Of a stretch of DNA of 64,000 bases, positions 53,249 to 64,000 are shown one piece after another (positions within the stretch are counted from its first letter, which is position 1; each line of letters begins with the position of its first letter). The notes beneath the pieces are model-generated. The model was given only the letters and a program-made list of their open reading frames with translations, did no database searches and was not told where the DNA came from. Location: the NCBI GenBank assembly GCA_018715495.1, contig DVLO01000007.1, positions 15,119 through 79,118 of the forward strand, written 5' to 3'. Made by a program: the position numbers and the translations under genes. This DNA comes from Candidatus Limihabitans stercoravium. GTDB lineage: Bacteria; Bacillota; Clostridia; Christensenellales; CAG-314.

Positions 53249-55963
53249 TCAAAAACCTCCGGTTGTAGGCAACAACTCGCCGTAATAAGGCTGCTTGGAG
53301 ACAAATTCGAATGCTAATTCAACTTCCCATCCTAATTTGAATTCTGTCAAATTTGCACTAGTGATAGTTATACTTCTTGTTTCAACATCAATTTCCAAAG
53401 CTATCCACATTTCACACGTTACCATTTCAGGATCCTCTCCAATCATAAACCGGAATGAAGTAGTACTGTAAGCCATTTCTTGTCTTTGGGTGTAAACTTG
53501 TCCGTCGTATGTAAACTCCACTTGCAACGTAGTGATATAGTCATTTCCGTACTGCCAATTTGCCCAGTCGATAATGATATTAAGTTGAATCTGACCGTTC
53601 TCACTGTCAACAAACTGCCATTGTTCATATTCGTAACTGCGCAAAGTGCCGTCTGTGCAGGTCACCTTGTCGCAAATACGATACACCGAATTGATTTCCC
53701 ATTGAGGGAACAACTCCGTCTTAAACTGTTCAACAGTGCCGTTGTAAACTATCTCTTCAAAATAGTAGAATTCTTCACTGAAATGAGATTCGAAGGACAG
53801 TTCCAAAAGTGTTTCGGGCAAGACTAATCTGCTTACACCGTCTATTGTCGGCGTATAATCTTCTGTTAGATTGGTAAGTGTTAACTTGACGACAGGATAT
53901 CCTGCAACATCGGCAGGCACTGTAATTGTATCTCCACTTCCTACATAGCCTTTAAGCTCGGCATGCTTATACTCCAACATAAGATTGCAGTTGTAGTTAT
54001 TGTCGTGCAATTCCACATTGGCAAACTGCTTCACCAACTCTACTTTCTCCAGTTCGTCCGCTGTTGAAGGCAAAAATTCGTACAAAACCGACAGTCCTTC
54101 CTCTTCATTCAACACCCTTTCATGTACGTTGGTAGAGTAATCCCACTGCAACAATTGGTATTGAGTATAGCTCATGTTCATTAAAGCATATTTGCCACCG
54201 TATTCGAATTCATACTGCGTCCACGGAAGGTGCATTTTTAGCGTGTAATCGTTGCACATAGCGTCAAAATGCGATACGTTTTCTTCGAAATACACGTCTT
54301 TTACTGTTGCGCCGTCAATAAAATACACATCCGCACTGCCGATTCCATTGTCGAAATACATTTCGTTGACGTCGAAGTCGAACGCTCCTGTAAATGTCAT
54401 CTGACATCCGTTGGAAACGCCAATTATATTAATGCGGTCTATTGTAATGTCGGATCCTGTGCTGTCCAGACTGCGGAATTCGTACCAACTCGTATCTATC
54501 CTCAGGGTGAGTAAGTCAAGATTGAGCGTAGTACCTCCTTCGATGCTGTACGCCAATTCATAAAACAAGTCCACTACAAAGTCTTTCTGACTGTCGTAGC
54601 CTATCTTGCAGTCAATCTCTCTGATGTTACTGAAACTAAAATTGACAAAGTTCTGACGGGACAGAATGTATTCACCCACCTTGTCGTAGTCCAAAGTCAG
54701 CTTGGTGATACCACTGTTGTTGGGGATGTAGAGCAAATTACCGTCCTTGTCATACAAACAATTGTTGTTAACCTCAAATACAGGCGAATTACCTTGCACC
54801 TCTACCGATTCCAACAACAAGTCGTTAGTCGTTTCATCAAAAACAACAATGCTCAAATACCTGGCAGGACAGTTCACTAGATTGCGGAAAGGTTCGTAGT
54901 CATAATTGTCACTTCCGTTTTGGTAGTTTTCAAGTTGTTGCCTTTCCATCTTGACAGATGTAATGTTGCTTGGGATAATCAACTTTTTAACTTGTGAAGG
55001 AATTTCCAGATGGTAGTAAACTGCCGTAGCGTTGGCAGGCAACGTAAGTTCGGAAGGACAATTGTTGATGTCTCCCTTCAGTTGAGTTATCACGCCATCG
55101 ACCACTTCAAATCCAAATTCGCCATTGTCCGCAGCACTAGTTCCTCCAATAAACTTGTTGTATGCCGCCATCCACTCTGAAGAAGAGAATTGGTAGTCGT
55201 ACTGCTTGCGGTAAGAACGCATTTCTTCCTTGTCAACTGCATTAACACTTTCTTCAAAATATTGATAACACTGAGCAACAAGATCATCGTTGTCGTTTAA
55301 TATTGCACCGCCCGAAGTCGTGCTGAACATTACAAAACCGCCTTCTTTGTGCAACACTACAAAGTCCAGATTGCTGTTGCCGTAAAAACAAGTTGTCCCC
55401 TTATCTTCACCGCCTATTTCGTACACCACAAAGTCAAACTGTGTTTCCGACACATAGTTAACGTTAAGGTAGTAAAACACGTCATCACTTGGGTCACTCG
55501 ACATCGAAACAAGCACCTTGCTGTAAAAATCGGTACCGTTGTTGTCCGTTACCATGTAAAATCCCTGTTCTTCGATATTGACAACCACACCGTAGAACTT
55601 ACTTTCTCTCTTGTACTCCGACAGTGCGTAGCCTGCTACCAACGGAAGATTGAATGTCACTTCACTGACTGCATTGAAGTACCCCTTTATATAGTCGGAA
55701 TCTTCCCGACTGAGAGGCGCTTTGTAAGCATCCAACAGCCCCAGCAGTCCATCTTGTTTCTGCTGCGTCAATGACATGTTGACTGATTTCGACGCCGTGT
55801 CACCCTCTTTGTTCCACAGGTCAAGACTGTTTTTCTTCACATTTTCAACCACTGTTTTGTACTGTTGGTATTCCTTGCTTACTGTGTTGTTGCAAGCGGT
55901 AAGAGCAAACGTGAGCACAATAAGTATTGCAAGTAAAAGCAATAGCGTTGCGTTTTTTTTCAT
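53249..55963 (-). CDS. Large orphan lipoprotein (904 aa) with only weak BspA/LRR-like segments
   Basis: Trimmed to MKKNATLLLLLAILIVLTFALTAC (lipobox LTAC). No catalytic motif recognised. Short stretches (VFEVNNNCLYDKDGNLLYIPNN, ITVPADVAGYPVVKL, LVLPETLLELSF) recall LRR_5 surface proteins. Confidence 0.8.
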   Translation of the reverse strand: MKKNATLLLLLAILIVLTFALTACNNTVSKEYQQYKTVVENVKKNSLDLWNKEGDTASKSVNMSLTQQKQDGLLGLLDAYKAPLSREDSDYIKGYFNAVSEVTFNLPLVAGYALSEYKRESKFYGVVVNIEEQGFYMVTDNNGTDFYSKVLVSMSSDPSDDVFYYLNVNYVSETQFDFVVYEIGGEDKGTTCFYGNSNLDFVVLHKEGGFVMFSTTSGGAILNDNDDLVAQCYQYFEESVNAVDKEEMRSYRKQYDYQFSSSEWMAAYNKFIGGTSAADNGEFGFEVVDGVITQLKGDINNCPSELTLPANATAVYYHLEIPSQVKKLIIPSNITSVKMERQQLENYQNGSDNYDYEPFRNLVNCPARYLSIVVFDETTNDLLLESVEVQGNSPVFEVNNNCLYDKDGNLLYIPNNSGITKLTLDYDKVGEYILSRQNFVNFSFSNIREIDCKIGYDSQKDFVVDLFYELAYSIEGGTTLNLDLLTLRIDTSWYEFRSLDSTGSDITIDRINIIGVSNGCQMTFTGAFDFDVNEMYFDNGIGSADVYFIDGATVKDVYFEENVSHFDAMCNDYTLKMHLPWTQYEFEYGGKYALMNMSYTQYQLLQWDYSTNVHERVLNEEEGLSVLYEFLPSTADELEKVELVKQFANVELHDNNYNCNLMLEYKHAELKGYVGSGDTITVPADVAGYPVVKLTLTNLTEDYTPTIDGVSRLVLPETLLELSFESHFSEEFYYFEEIVYNGTVEQFKTELFPQWEINSVYRICDKVTCTDGTLRSYEYEQWQFVDSENGQIQLNIIIDWANWQYGNDYITTLQVEFTYDGQVYTQRQEMAYSTTSFRFMIGEDPEMVTCEMWIALEIDVETRSITITSANLTEFKLGWEVELAFEFVSKQPYYGELLPTTGGF

Positions 55964-56183
55964 TCCCCCTATCTCCTTGTTTAAATTTATCAATGAAAAG
56001 TACAGCCCATTCCTATATTTGTCATCATTATAATACACGCAATACAAAATATCAAGTTAAAACCACCAATTTTATACCAAAGCACAATAAAAACAGTTTT
56101 ATTTTCCAAACTTCAATATGAAAAAAATCACAAATCCTGCAAATTAAAAAAATCAAACTTAAAAACACATCAGTACAAGCAAC

Positions 56184-56222
56184 AAAAAATGCACTCCGAA
56201 AGCGTTTAACTTCCGAAGTGCA
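56184..56222 (-). terminator. Intrinsic terminator after the cytidylate-kinase-like gene
   Basis: Minus sense tgcacttcggaag-ttaaacg-ctttcggagtgca followed by TTTTTT. Confidence 0.8.
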
Positions 56223-56279
56223 TACAGTCGACTTAGGTATGTTTTTTAAACCCTTATTCAATTTAAACAATCGCAATCA

Positions 56280-56885
56280 TTACTTGTTCAGTCCGAAACG
56301 ATCCTTGATTGCGTCAACAAGCAGGTCTACCGTTCCTTCCAATCCGCATGTACTGCTGTTGATTGTCATGTCGTAGCTGTGCAGATCTGCCCAGTTGTCT
56401 TCACAGTAGGTGCGGTAGTAATTGGCACGGCCTTTGTCGTGCTGAGTTACCGTTTCCATTGCTTTGTCGGGGTCAACACCGTAGGTTTCAATGGCACGCT
56501 TTACTCTGTCAGCCACGGGAGCATGGATGAAGATACTGAACTTGTCCTTCATTTCACGCAGTACGTATCCTGCGCAACGGCCTACAATGACACAAGAACC
56601 CTGTTCGGCAACTTCCCTGATTGTACGGCACTGAACGGCGTAAACTTCGTCGGACGCACAGTAACCAACAGTGAAGTTGGTGCCTCTTGCAAGATTTTGC
56701 CAGAATGTATTTGTGGGACGTGACTGTGTTTCTTCGATGAAATCAGGAGCAAGTCCGCTGTTTTCCGCTGCAAGTTCAATGAGTTTCCTGTCGTAGAAAG
56801 GAATACCCAAACGTTTAGCAAGCATTTCGCCAATGATACGTCCGCCACTGGCGTATTCTCTATTTATCGTAATTACCATTTTCAT
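56280..56885 (-). CDS. Cytidylate kinase-like family P-loop protein
   Basis: 201 aa. ITINREYASGGRIIGEMLAKRLGIPFYDRKLIE is the hallmark N-terminus of this family. RBS GGGAGGG. Confidence 0.8.
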   Translation of the reverse strand: MKMVITINREYASGGRIIGEMLAKRLGIPFYDRKLIELAAENSGLAPDFIEETQSRPTNTFWQNLARGTNFTVGYCASDEVYAVQCRTIREVAEQGSCVIVGRCAGYVLREMKDKFSIFIHAPVADRVKRAIETYGVDPDKAMETVTQHDKGRANYYRTYCEDNWADLHSYDMTINSSTCGLEGTVDLLVDAIKDRFGLNK

Positions 56886-57011
56886 AAAAAACGCCCTCCC
56901 AATCCAACGGAAACACCGCCGTTTTGTATTAATAGTATATCACAAAATGATGTGTTTTTCAATAGTTGAGCAAAATTGTTGCGGTTTTTTTTGTGATATT
57001 TTACACTCCTA

Positions 57012-57041
57012 TTGACAACAGCGTATGTAATTTAATACAAT
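57012..57041 (+). promoter_or_regulatory. Sigma-A-type promoter for the double-GNAT gene
   Basis: TTGACA, 18 nt, TACAAT. Confidence 0.5.
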
Positions 57042-57066
57042 TGTAGCATGACAAGGGGGAACAAAT

Positions 57067-58113
57067 ATGATAAGACCCGCTACATTAAATGACGTTGACA
57101 CTCTTGAAAAACTGTACGCCGATGCCAAACTTTACCTGCGTTCGGTGGGCAACAATGTGCAGTGGACGGGGGAATATCCCAACAGACAGAGCGTAATAGA
57201 CGACATTACTAACGACAGACTGTACGTATGCCAGTACGACGACGTGATTGCCGGAGCATTTGCACTGTGTCCCGGAATTGAACCCACCTACAACTACATT
57301 GAAGGCGCCTGGAAATACGATGATGAGTACAGAACAATACACCGTGTTGTGTCCGCACACACTCACCCACGTGTGGGCAGGGCATGTATTGACTGGTGTC
57401 AGAGCAACTTCGACAATCTGCGTATCGACACACATCAATGCAACAAACCGATGCTCAGGGTAATCGAACAGATGGGATTTGTTTACAGTGGCATTGTGTA
57501 CATGGCAGACAACACACCACGTATGGCATTCGAATGGAAAAAGCCTACCCACTACGACGTTGCCGACGTGGTACTAAACACCGAAAAGGTTGTTCTTCGT
57601 CCATGGAAGCCGACTGACTTACAGGATTTCTACAACTACGCACAGCACAAGGAAGTGGGTCCCAACGCAGGATGGCTACCCCACACTTCCATTACCACTA
57701 CCGAAGCGATACTCAACAGTTTTATAAAAAACGGTGACGTACTAGCAATTTACCACAAGCAAGATGACAAGGTAATAGGTTCGGTTGGCATACACCCCTG
57801 TAAATGGTCCTGTCACTACATAGAACTTGCTGGCACCAGAGTCAAGGAATTGGGGTACGTCCTCAGTAAAGACTACCACAACTGCGGATTGATGTCCGAC
57901 TGCATACGAAAGGTGCTGCGCTACTGTTTCGGAACACTGGGACTTGACGCAGTGACGGCAACTTGTTTCGACCACAACATTGCTTCACGAAGGGTGATGG
58001 AACACAACGGAATGGTATTTTTAGATCAGGTTTCGGAATACGTCAGCACCCTTGACAAACAGATGACGGTACTGCGCCACTACATCACCAAGGAACAGTA
58101 CTTTAAAAAGTAA
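57067..58113 (+). CDS. Fusion of two GNAT acetyltransferase domains (N-terminal generic GNAT plus C-terminal RimJ/RimL-like)
   Basis: 348 aa. Residues 1-160 and about 165-348 each look like a complete GNAT fold. The second begins VVLRPWKPTDLQDFYNY, typical of RimJ/RimL-type enzymes. Confidence 0.8.
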   Translation: MIRPATLNDVDTLEKLYADAKLYLRSVGNNVQWTGEYPNRQSVIDDITNDRLYVCQYDDVIAGAFALCPGIEPTYNYIEGAWKYDDEYRTIHRVVSAHTHPRVGRACIDWCQSNFDNLRIDTHQCNKPMLRVIEQMGFVYSGIVYMADNTPRMAFEWKKPTHYDVADVVLNTEKVVLRPWKPTDLQDFYNYAQHKEVGPNAGWLPHTSITTTEAILNSFIKNGDVLAIYHKQDDKVIGSVGIHPCKWSCHYIELAGTRVKELGYVLSKDYHNCGLMSDCIRKVLRYCFGTLGLDAVTATCFDHNIASRRVMEHNGMVFLDQVSEYVSTLDKQMTVLRHYITKEQYFKK

Positions 58114-58153
58114 GCAACTACACATTTTAAATTTATTAAGTACAAAAAAATGA

Positions 58154-58196
58154 TGTGTACCCCGAAAGCAAGACACTTTCGGAGTACACATTTTTT
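58154..58196 (+). terminator. Intrinsic terminator after the double-GNAT gene
   Basis: tgtgtaccccgaaag-loop-ctttcggagtacaca followed by TTTTTT. Confidence 0.8.
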
Positions 58197-58324
58197 ATAC
58201 AAAATTTACTTCGACATGTCAAAGCCCGTCTTTACACAACTTGTTTCTGCAAGGTTTGCTTGACAGACAACACGGCAAAGAAAACCCACCGCCGTCTCAG
58301 ACACGACGAACATCGCAAAATAAA

Positions 58325-58352
58325 AGCAGTCGGATGGGTACACCCGACTGCT
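58325..58352 (-). terminator. Intrinsic terminator after guaB
   Basis: Minus sense gcagtcgg-gtgtacccat-ccgactgc followed by TTTTATTTT. Confidence 0.75.
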
Positions 58353-58379
58353 GTAAATACATGTTTACGTAGTACCCAA

Positions 58380-59972
<1,593 letters not shown>

Positions 59973-60105
59973 TTACATGCTGATATAACACCAAACGAAC
60001 ACAAGCATTTCAACAAGAAACATCTTCGTCGTTGGGATTTGTACCATTCTACCAAATGAAATTGAAATTGTAAACTGTTTTGAAATACAATTAAAAAATT
60101 TGCCT

Positions 60106-60891
60106 TTATTTTTCCAACAATTGCAGTATGTATTTGCCCACACCACCGTCGTTGTTGCTGTCGCACACCTGTATTGCGTGTTTCTTGACTTCGTCGGGAG
60201 CATTGGCAACGGCAACGAATCTCGCCACCGTTGACATGGGAATGTCGTTGTAGTTGTCGCCGAACGCAACAACGTCTTTACATTCAATGCCGTAATGACG
60301 GCAGGCAACTTCTATACATCTTGCCTTGTCTACACCCTTAGCCGTCACTTCCATGTAGAAACTGCTTGACAGCGTGAAGTTGAGACGTGGGAATAATTCC
60401 GACAACACACGTTGCATTTCATTAAAATCCCTTCCGTCCTCTTGATAGTACAGGAACTTGTACACGTCCACATCGGGCACAACCTTGTCAAGCGGAGTCA
60501 CAACGGGATCGATTGCCACTATTTTCGCTTCACGGTTGACGGCAGGAGTCACGCAATGGACGTAACAGTTGTCCTTGTCGTAAACAAAACACTGTGCGTC
60601 CCAATGACTTTTTACGAAGTTGTACACTTCCATGGCGTCTTGCCTTGACATTGTAACGCTGTCAAGAACATTGTCGCCATCCAACGTCAACGCACCGCCA
60701 AATGCACTGTAAACACACGGGTAGTCCAATTGATCAAGCACCACCTTCATGCCCTTGGGCGAACGTGCCGAACACACCACCAAGGGAATACCACGTTGTT
60801 TCAACAACTCTGCCGCCTGTTTGTTGGCATCAGGCAACTTGCTGTTACTGTCCAGTAACGTTCCGTCTATATCACTGAAAAAAGCCTTCAT
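60106..60891 (-). CDS. Cof-type HAD-IIB family hydrolase
   Basis: Trimmed to MKAFFSDIDGTLL (DxDGT motif I), with FGDNYNDIPM as motif IV. Confidence 0.88.
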   Translation of the reverse strand: MKAFFSDIDGTLLDSNSKLPDANKQAAELLKQRGIPLVVCSARSPKGMKVVLDQLDYPCVYSAFGGALTLDGDNVLDSVTMSRQDAMEVYNFVKSHWDAQCFVYDKDNCYVHCVTPAVNREAKIVAIDPVVTPLDKVVPDVDVYKFLYYQEDGRDFNEMQRVLSELFPRLNFTLSSSFYMEVTAKGVDKARCIEVACRHYGIECKDVVAFGDNYNDIPMSTVARFVAVANAPDEVKKHAIQVCDSNNDGGVGKYILQLLEK

Positions 60892-60961
60892 AAAAACCTT
60901 CCTTTTTACACAATGTAATACAAACACACAGCCTTGTCAACCAATCTCATTGCACAGCCAA

Positions 60962-60997
60962 AAAACAAAACCGTGCTGCCTTTTTCGCAACACGGTT
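60962..60997 (-). terminator. Intrinsic terminator after ntpD (end of the V-ATPase operon)
   Basis: Minus sense aaccgtg...cacggtt hairpin followed by TTGTTTTTT. Confidence 0.75.
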
Positions 60998-61011
60998 GAA
61001 TGTCAAAATAT

Positions 61012-61641
61012 TTACTGTTTTTGTGCAAGCATGTCTTTTACCTTCATCAGGCGGACGGTGGAAGAACGTTCGTCTTCGTCAAGTTTCATCTTGATGTACT
61101 TGATTGTTTCCTGCATCTGCGGAATCATGATATTTTCAAGAGCGTTGACACGGCGCTTGTTCTTTTCTATTTCGTCAGCAAGCATATTGCAGGTCTTTTC
61201 CACCTGCGCAAGGTAAACCATCTTGGAAAACACAGCGTTCAGTCTGTTGACGGAGTTGTCCAACTGTTCCGGAACGGTCAAGAAACCGTAAGGATAGACA
61301 TCTCCGTGACTTTCGGCAATCTCAATGGACGGAACGTTGATACCCATGATACTGCTTCTACCGCATTGCAGAGTTACCGAACGTGACGGCATCATCACCG
61401 CTTCGTCAATTGCCCTGCTGTCGGAAAAAGTGCGTGCCAAAGCATAACTTTGCAGTGCGTCGGCAAGTTGAGTTTCTACCTCTTCACGCAAGAGTTTGTT
61501 CTGGCGGGCAAGAACAATGAACTTTCGTATCATTTCATCCGTCTTGTCTTTTAGTAATTTGTAGCCCCTTGACGCTGTTTTCAGTCTGCCTTGCAGACGC
61601 TTGAGTTCCATGCGTGTGGGGTTGACGTTCATGATGCTCAT
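61012..61641 (-). CDS. ntpD: V-type ATP synthase subunit D
   Basis: NVNPTRMELKRLQGRLKTASRGYKLLKDK is the canonical V/A-ATPase D N-terminus. Confidence 0.93.
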   Translation of the reverse strand: MSIMNVNPTRMELKRLQGRLKTASRGYKLLKDKTDEMIRKFIVLARQNKLLREEVETQLADALQSYALARTFSDSRAIDEAVMMPSRSVTLQCGRSSIMGINVPSIEIAESHGDVYPYGFLTVPEQLDNSVNRLNAVFSKMVYLAQVEKTCNMLADEIEKNKRRVNALENIMIPQMQETIKYIKMKLDEDERSSTVRLMKVKDMLAQKQ

Positions 61642-61645
61642 CTGA

Positions 61646-63028
61646 TCACTCCGTATCGGCTTGTTTGTAGTACTTGTCCAACAATGTGTCGGAAATACGT
61701 TTCAATTCGCTTCTTGGAAGGATGCTCAGCAATTCCCAACCAAGGTCAAGTGTTTCCTCAATTGTACGGTTGCTGTCGAATCCCTGTGCAATGTAGCGTT
61801 TTTCAAATTCTACGGCGAACTTGGCGTACAGTTTGTCAACGTCAGTCAATGCCGATTCGCCCAGAATTGTTGCCAGTTCCTTGGCTTGCTTACCTTGTGC
61901 GTAAGCAGAGAACAACTGGTTCATTGTGCTTGCATGGTCTTCACGTGTCTTGTCCTTACCGATGCCCTTGTCCTTCAGACGTGAAAGGCTGGGCAGTACG
62001 TCGATGGGAGGATTGTAACCTCTCTTGTACAAGTCACGGGAAAGAATGATCTGTCCTTCGGTGATGTAACCGGTAAGGTCGGGAACAGGGTGCGTCTTGT
62101 CGTCTTCGGGCATGGACAGAATGGGTATTTGTGTGATACTACCCTTCTTGCCTCTGATACGTCCTGCTCTTTCGTACAGTGACGCAAGGTCGGTGTACAT
62201 GTAACCGGGGTAACCACGTCTGCCGGGAACTTCCTTACGTGCGGCACTTGTTTCACGCAGTGCTTCGGCGTAGTTGGTGATGTCGGTAAGTATTACCAAC
62301 ACCTGCATGTCCTTTTCGAAGGCAAGGTATTCGGCGGCTGTCAACGCCATACGAGGAGTACTGATACGTTCGATTGCAGGGTCATTGGCAAGGTTCATGA
62401 ACAGTACGGTACGTTCGATTGCACCTGTCTTGTTGAAGTCGTTGATGAAGTATTCCGCTTCTTCGTAGGTGATACCCATTGCGCCGAACACTACGGCGAA
62501 TTTTTCATCACCCTTCAAAACACGAGCCTGACGTGCAATCTGCGCTGCAAGTTGTGCGTGAGGCAAACCGCTTGCAGAGAACACGGGCAACTTCTGTCCA
62601 CGAACAAGCGTGTTCAATCCGTCGATTGCGGAAATACCCGTCTGAATGAATTCGTTGGGGTAGTCTCTTGCAAAGGGGTTGATGGGCTGACCGTTGATGT
62701 CCATACGCTTGTCGGCAATGATTTCCGCACCGCCGTCAATGGGTTCGCCCATACCGTTGAAGACACGACCAAGCATGTCTTCGGATACGGCAAGTTCAAG
62801 GCTTCTGCCCAGGAATCTGACTTTACTTGTGGAAATCTGCAATCCCTGTGCGCCTTCAAACATCTGTACCAATGCACGGTCTTTGTTGATTTCCAGTACT
62901 TTACCTTTGCGGATTTCACCGTTTTTCTGCACAATTTCAACAAGTTCGTTGTAACTGACACCTTCGACGCCTTCAACAAGCATCAACGGTCCTACTACCT
63001 CTTTGATTGTCTTGTATTCTTTAAGCAT
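61646..63028 (-). CDS. ntpB: V-type ATP synthase subunit B
   Basis: 460 aa with conserved non-catalytic B-subunit blocks. Confidence 0.95.
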   Translation of the reverse strand: MLKEYKTIKEVVGPLMLVEGVEGVSYNELVEIVQKNGEIRKGKVLEINKDRALVQMFEGAQGLQISTSKVRFLGRSLELAVSEDMLGRVFNGMGEPIDGGAEIIADKRMDINGQPINPFARDYPNEFIQTGISAIDGLNTLVRGQKLPVFSASGLPHAQLAAQIARQARVLKGDEKFAVVFGAMGITYEEAEYFINDFNKTGAIERTVLFMNLANDPAIERISTPRMALTAAEYLAFEKDMQVLVILTDITNYAEALRETSAARKEVPGRRGYPGYMYTDLASLYERAGRIRGKKGSITQIPILSMPEDDKTHPVPDLTGYITEGQIILSRDLYKRGYNPPIDVLPSLSRLKDKGIGKDKTREDHASTMNQLFSAYAQGKQAKELATILGESALTDVDKLYAKFAVEFEKRYIAQGFDSNRTIEETLDLGWELLSILPRSELKRISDTLLDKYYKQADTE

Positions 63029-63031
63029 CGG

Positions 63032-64000
63032 TTACTCTCCTTTATTTGTCAAAGCATTGAGTTCTTTACGAACGTTTTTAGCAATGTCGTCCAGTCTGTC
63101 GAGATGTGCTTCTTCGACGTACTTGGCACGACCGATTTGTTCACGGCAGGGAAGTTTTAAGATGTCGTTGAGTTCCGCATCCTTTTCCAACGCCTGCAAC
63201 GCAAGGTGATAAAATCCCAGAATCAATTTCATCATCTTGTACTGTTTATTGAGTGATGAGTAGGTATCCACTTCGTGGAAAGCGTTTTGGTGAAGGTAGT
63301 CTTCACGGATGGTCTTGGCTGTTTCCATTACAAGACGGTCCCTGCTTCCCAGTGCGTCCATACCTACCAATCTAACGATTTCATTTAATTGACTTTCTTC
63401 TTGCAGAATGTACATCAGTTCGCCCTTGCACTGATTGTAGTCATCCGCAACGTGTTCGCTGTACCAGTTGGCAAGTTTGTCATCGTACAGTGAGTAACTC
63501 TGCAACCAGTCGATTGCAGGGAAGTGTCTTTGGTAAGCAAGGTTTGCCGACAATCCCCAGAAAACCTTGACAATACGCAATGTGGATTGCGCAACGGGTT
63601 CGGAAAGGTCACCACCTGGAGGGGAAACCGCTCCGATTGCGGAAATTGCGCCAACGGTGTCATCGCTTCCCAGTACCTTGACGATACCTGCACGTTCGTA
63701 GAATTCCGCAATACGGCTTGCTAGATATGCAGGATAGCCTTCTTCACCGGGCATTTCTTCAAGACGTCCGCTCATTTCACGCAACGCTTCCGCCCAACGG
63801 CTGGTACTGTCCGCCATGATTGCTACAGAATAGCCCATGTCACGGAAATATTCGGCAATGGTAATACCTGTGTAAATGGATGCTTCACGTGCGGCAACGG
63901 GCATGTCACTTGTGTTGGCAATAAGTACGGTACGTTTCATCAACGGTTCTCCCGTCTGTGGGTCTTTCAGTTCGGGGAATTCGTTCAATACGTCCGTCAT
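63032..64000 (-). CDS. ntpA: V-type ATP synthase catalytic subunit A (C-terminal part; the N-terminus lies beyond the window edge)
   Basis: The ORF is open to the window end. [34 protein letters not shown] is typical of A subunits. Confidence 0.93.
   Translation of the reverse strand: MTDVLNEFPELKDPQTGEPLMKRTVLIANTSDMPVAAREASIYTGITIAEYFRDMGYSVAIMADSTSRWAEALREMSGRLEEMPGEEGYPAYLASRIAEFYERAGIVKVLGSDDTVGAISAIGAVSPPGGDLSEPVAQSTLRIVKVFWGLSANLAYQRHFPAIDWLQSYSLYDDKLANWYSEHVADDYNQCKGELMYILQEESQLNEIVRLVGMDALGSRDRLVMETAKTIREDYLHQNAFHEVDTYSSLNKQYKMMKLILGFYHLALQALEKDAELNDILKLPCREQIGRAKYVEEAHLDRLDDIAKNVRKELNALTNKGE

Overview
Core chromosomal region of a spore-forming Bacillota (Clostridia-like) genome. 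The taxon call rests on spoIIGA-sigE, sigH, HrcA/CIRCE, a T-box leader, a long Alu-containing SRP RNA and a V-type ATPase. I call 61 CDS, 56 of them on the minus strand, plus one ncRNA. Reading the minus strand from high to low coordinates: V-ATPase ntpA(partial)-ntpB-ntpD; a Cof-type HAD hydrolase; guaB; a divergent pair of a cytidylate-kinase-like gene and a double-GNAT gene; an orphan 904-aa lipoprotein; an ~880-nt ORF-free G-depleted tract; hrcA-grpE-dnaK-dnaJ-padR-prmA-rsmE-mtaB-HIT; rpsU; a hypothetical gene; recX; galT; a convergent DUF2804 gene on the plus strand; a GNAT gene; mrnC-rlmB-sigH-dnaX-ybaB-recR-rqcP-ispDF; an LRR surface lipoprotein; rpoB-rpoC-L7Ae-rpsL-rpsG-fusA-tuf; ydcF-cdd on the plus strand; rpmG-secE-nusG-rplKAJL; rplI on the plus strand; a small DUF1540 gene; prs; a YwmB-like gene, an M23 peptidase, spoIIGA and sigE; SRP RNA; an MBG-domain surface protein; a SHOCT membrane protein; a UPF0291 gene; T-box-ileS; a methyltransferase; and a pseudouridine synthase. 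Many transcription units are bounded by near-consensus sigma-A promoters (TTGACA, 16-18 nt, TAnAAT) and intrinsic terminators that can be read directly. I found no CRISPR array, transposase, integrase, prophage or recognisable defence or toxin-antitoxin system. The window is mostly housekeeping. The least explained parts are three accessory surface-protein units (6.2-7.6 kb, 31.0-33.3 kb, 53.2-56.0 kb), several long ORF-free tracts with strong C-over-G skew, an unusually long repetitive acidic tail on RpoB, a small DUF1540 gene missed by the ORF track, and a few perfect inverted repeats in promoter regions. Internal start sites were chosen from RBS spacing and N-terminal conservation, so they may be off by a few codons.
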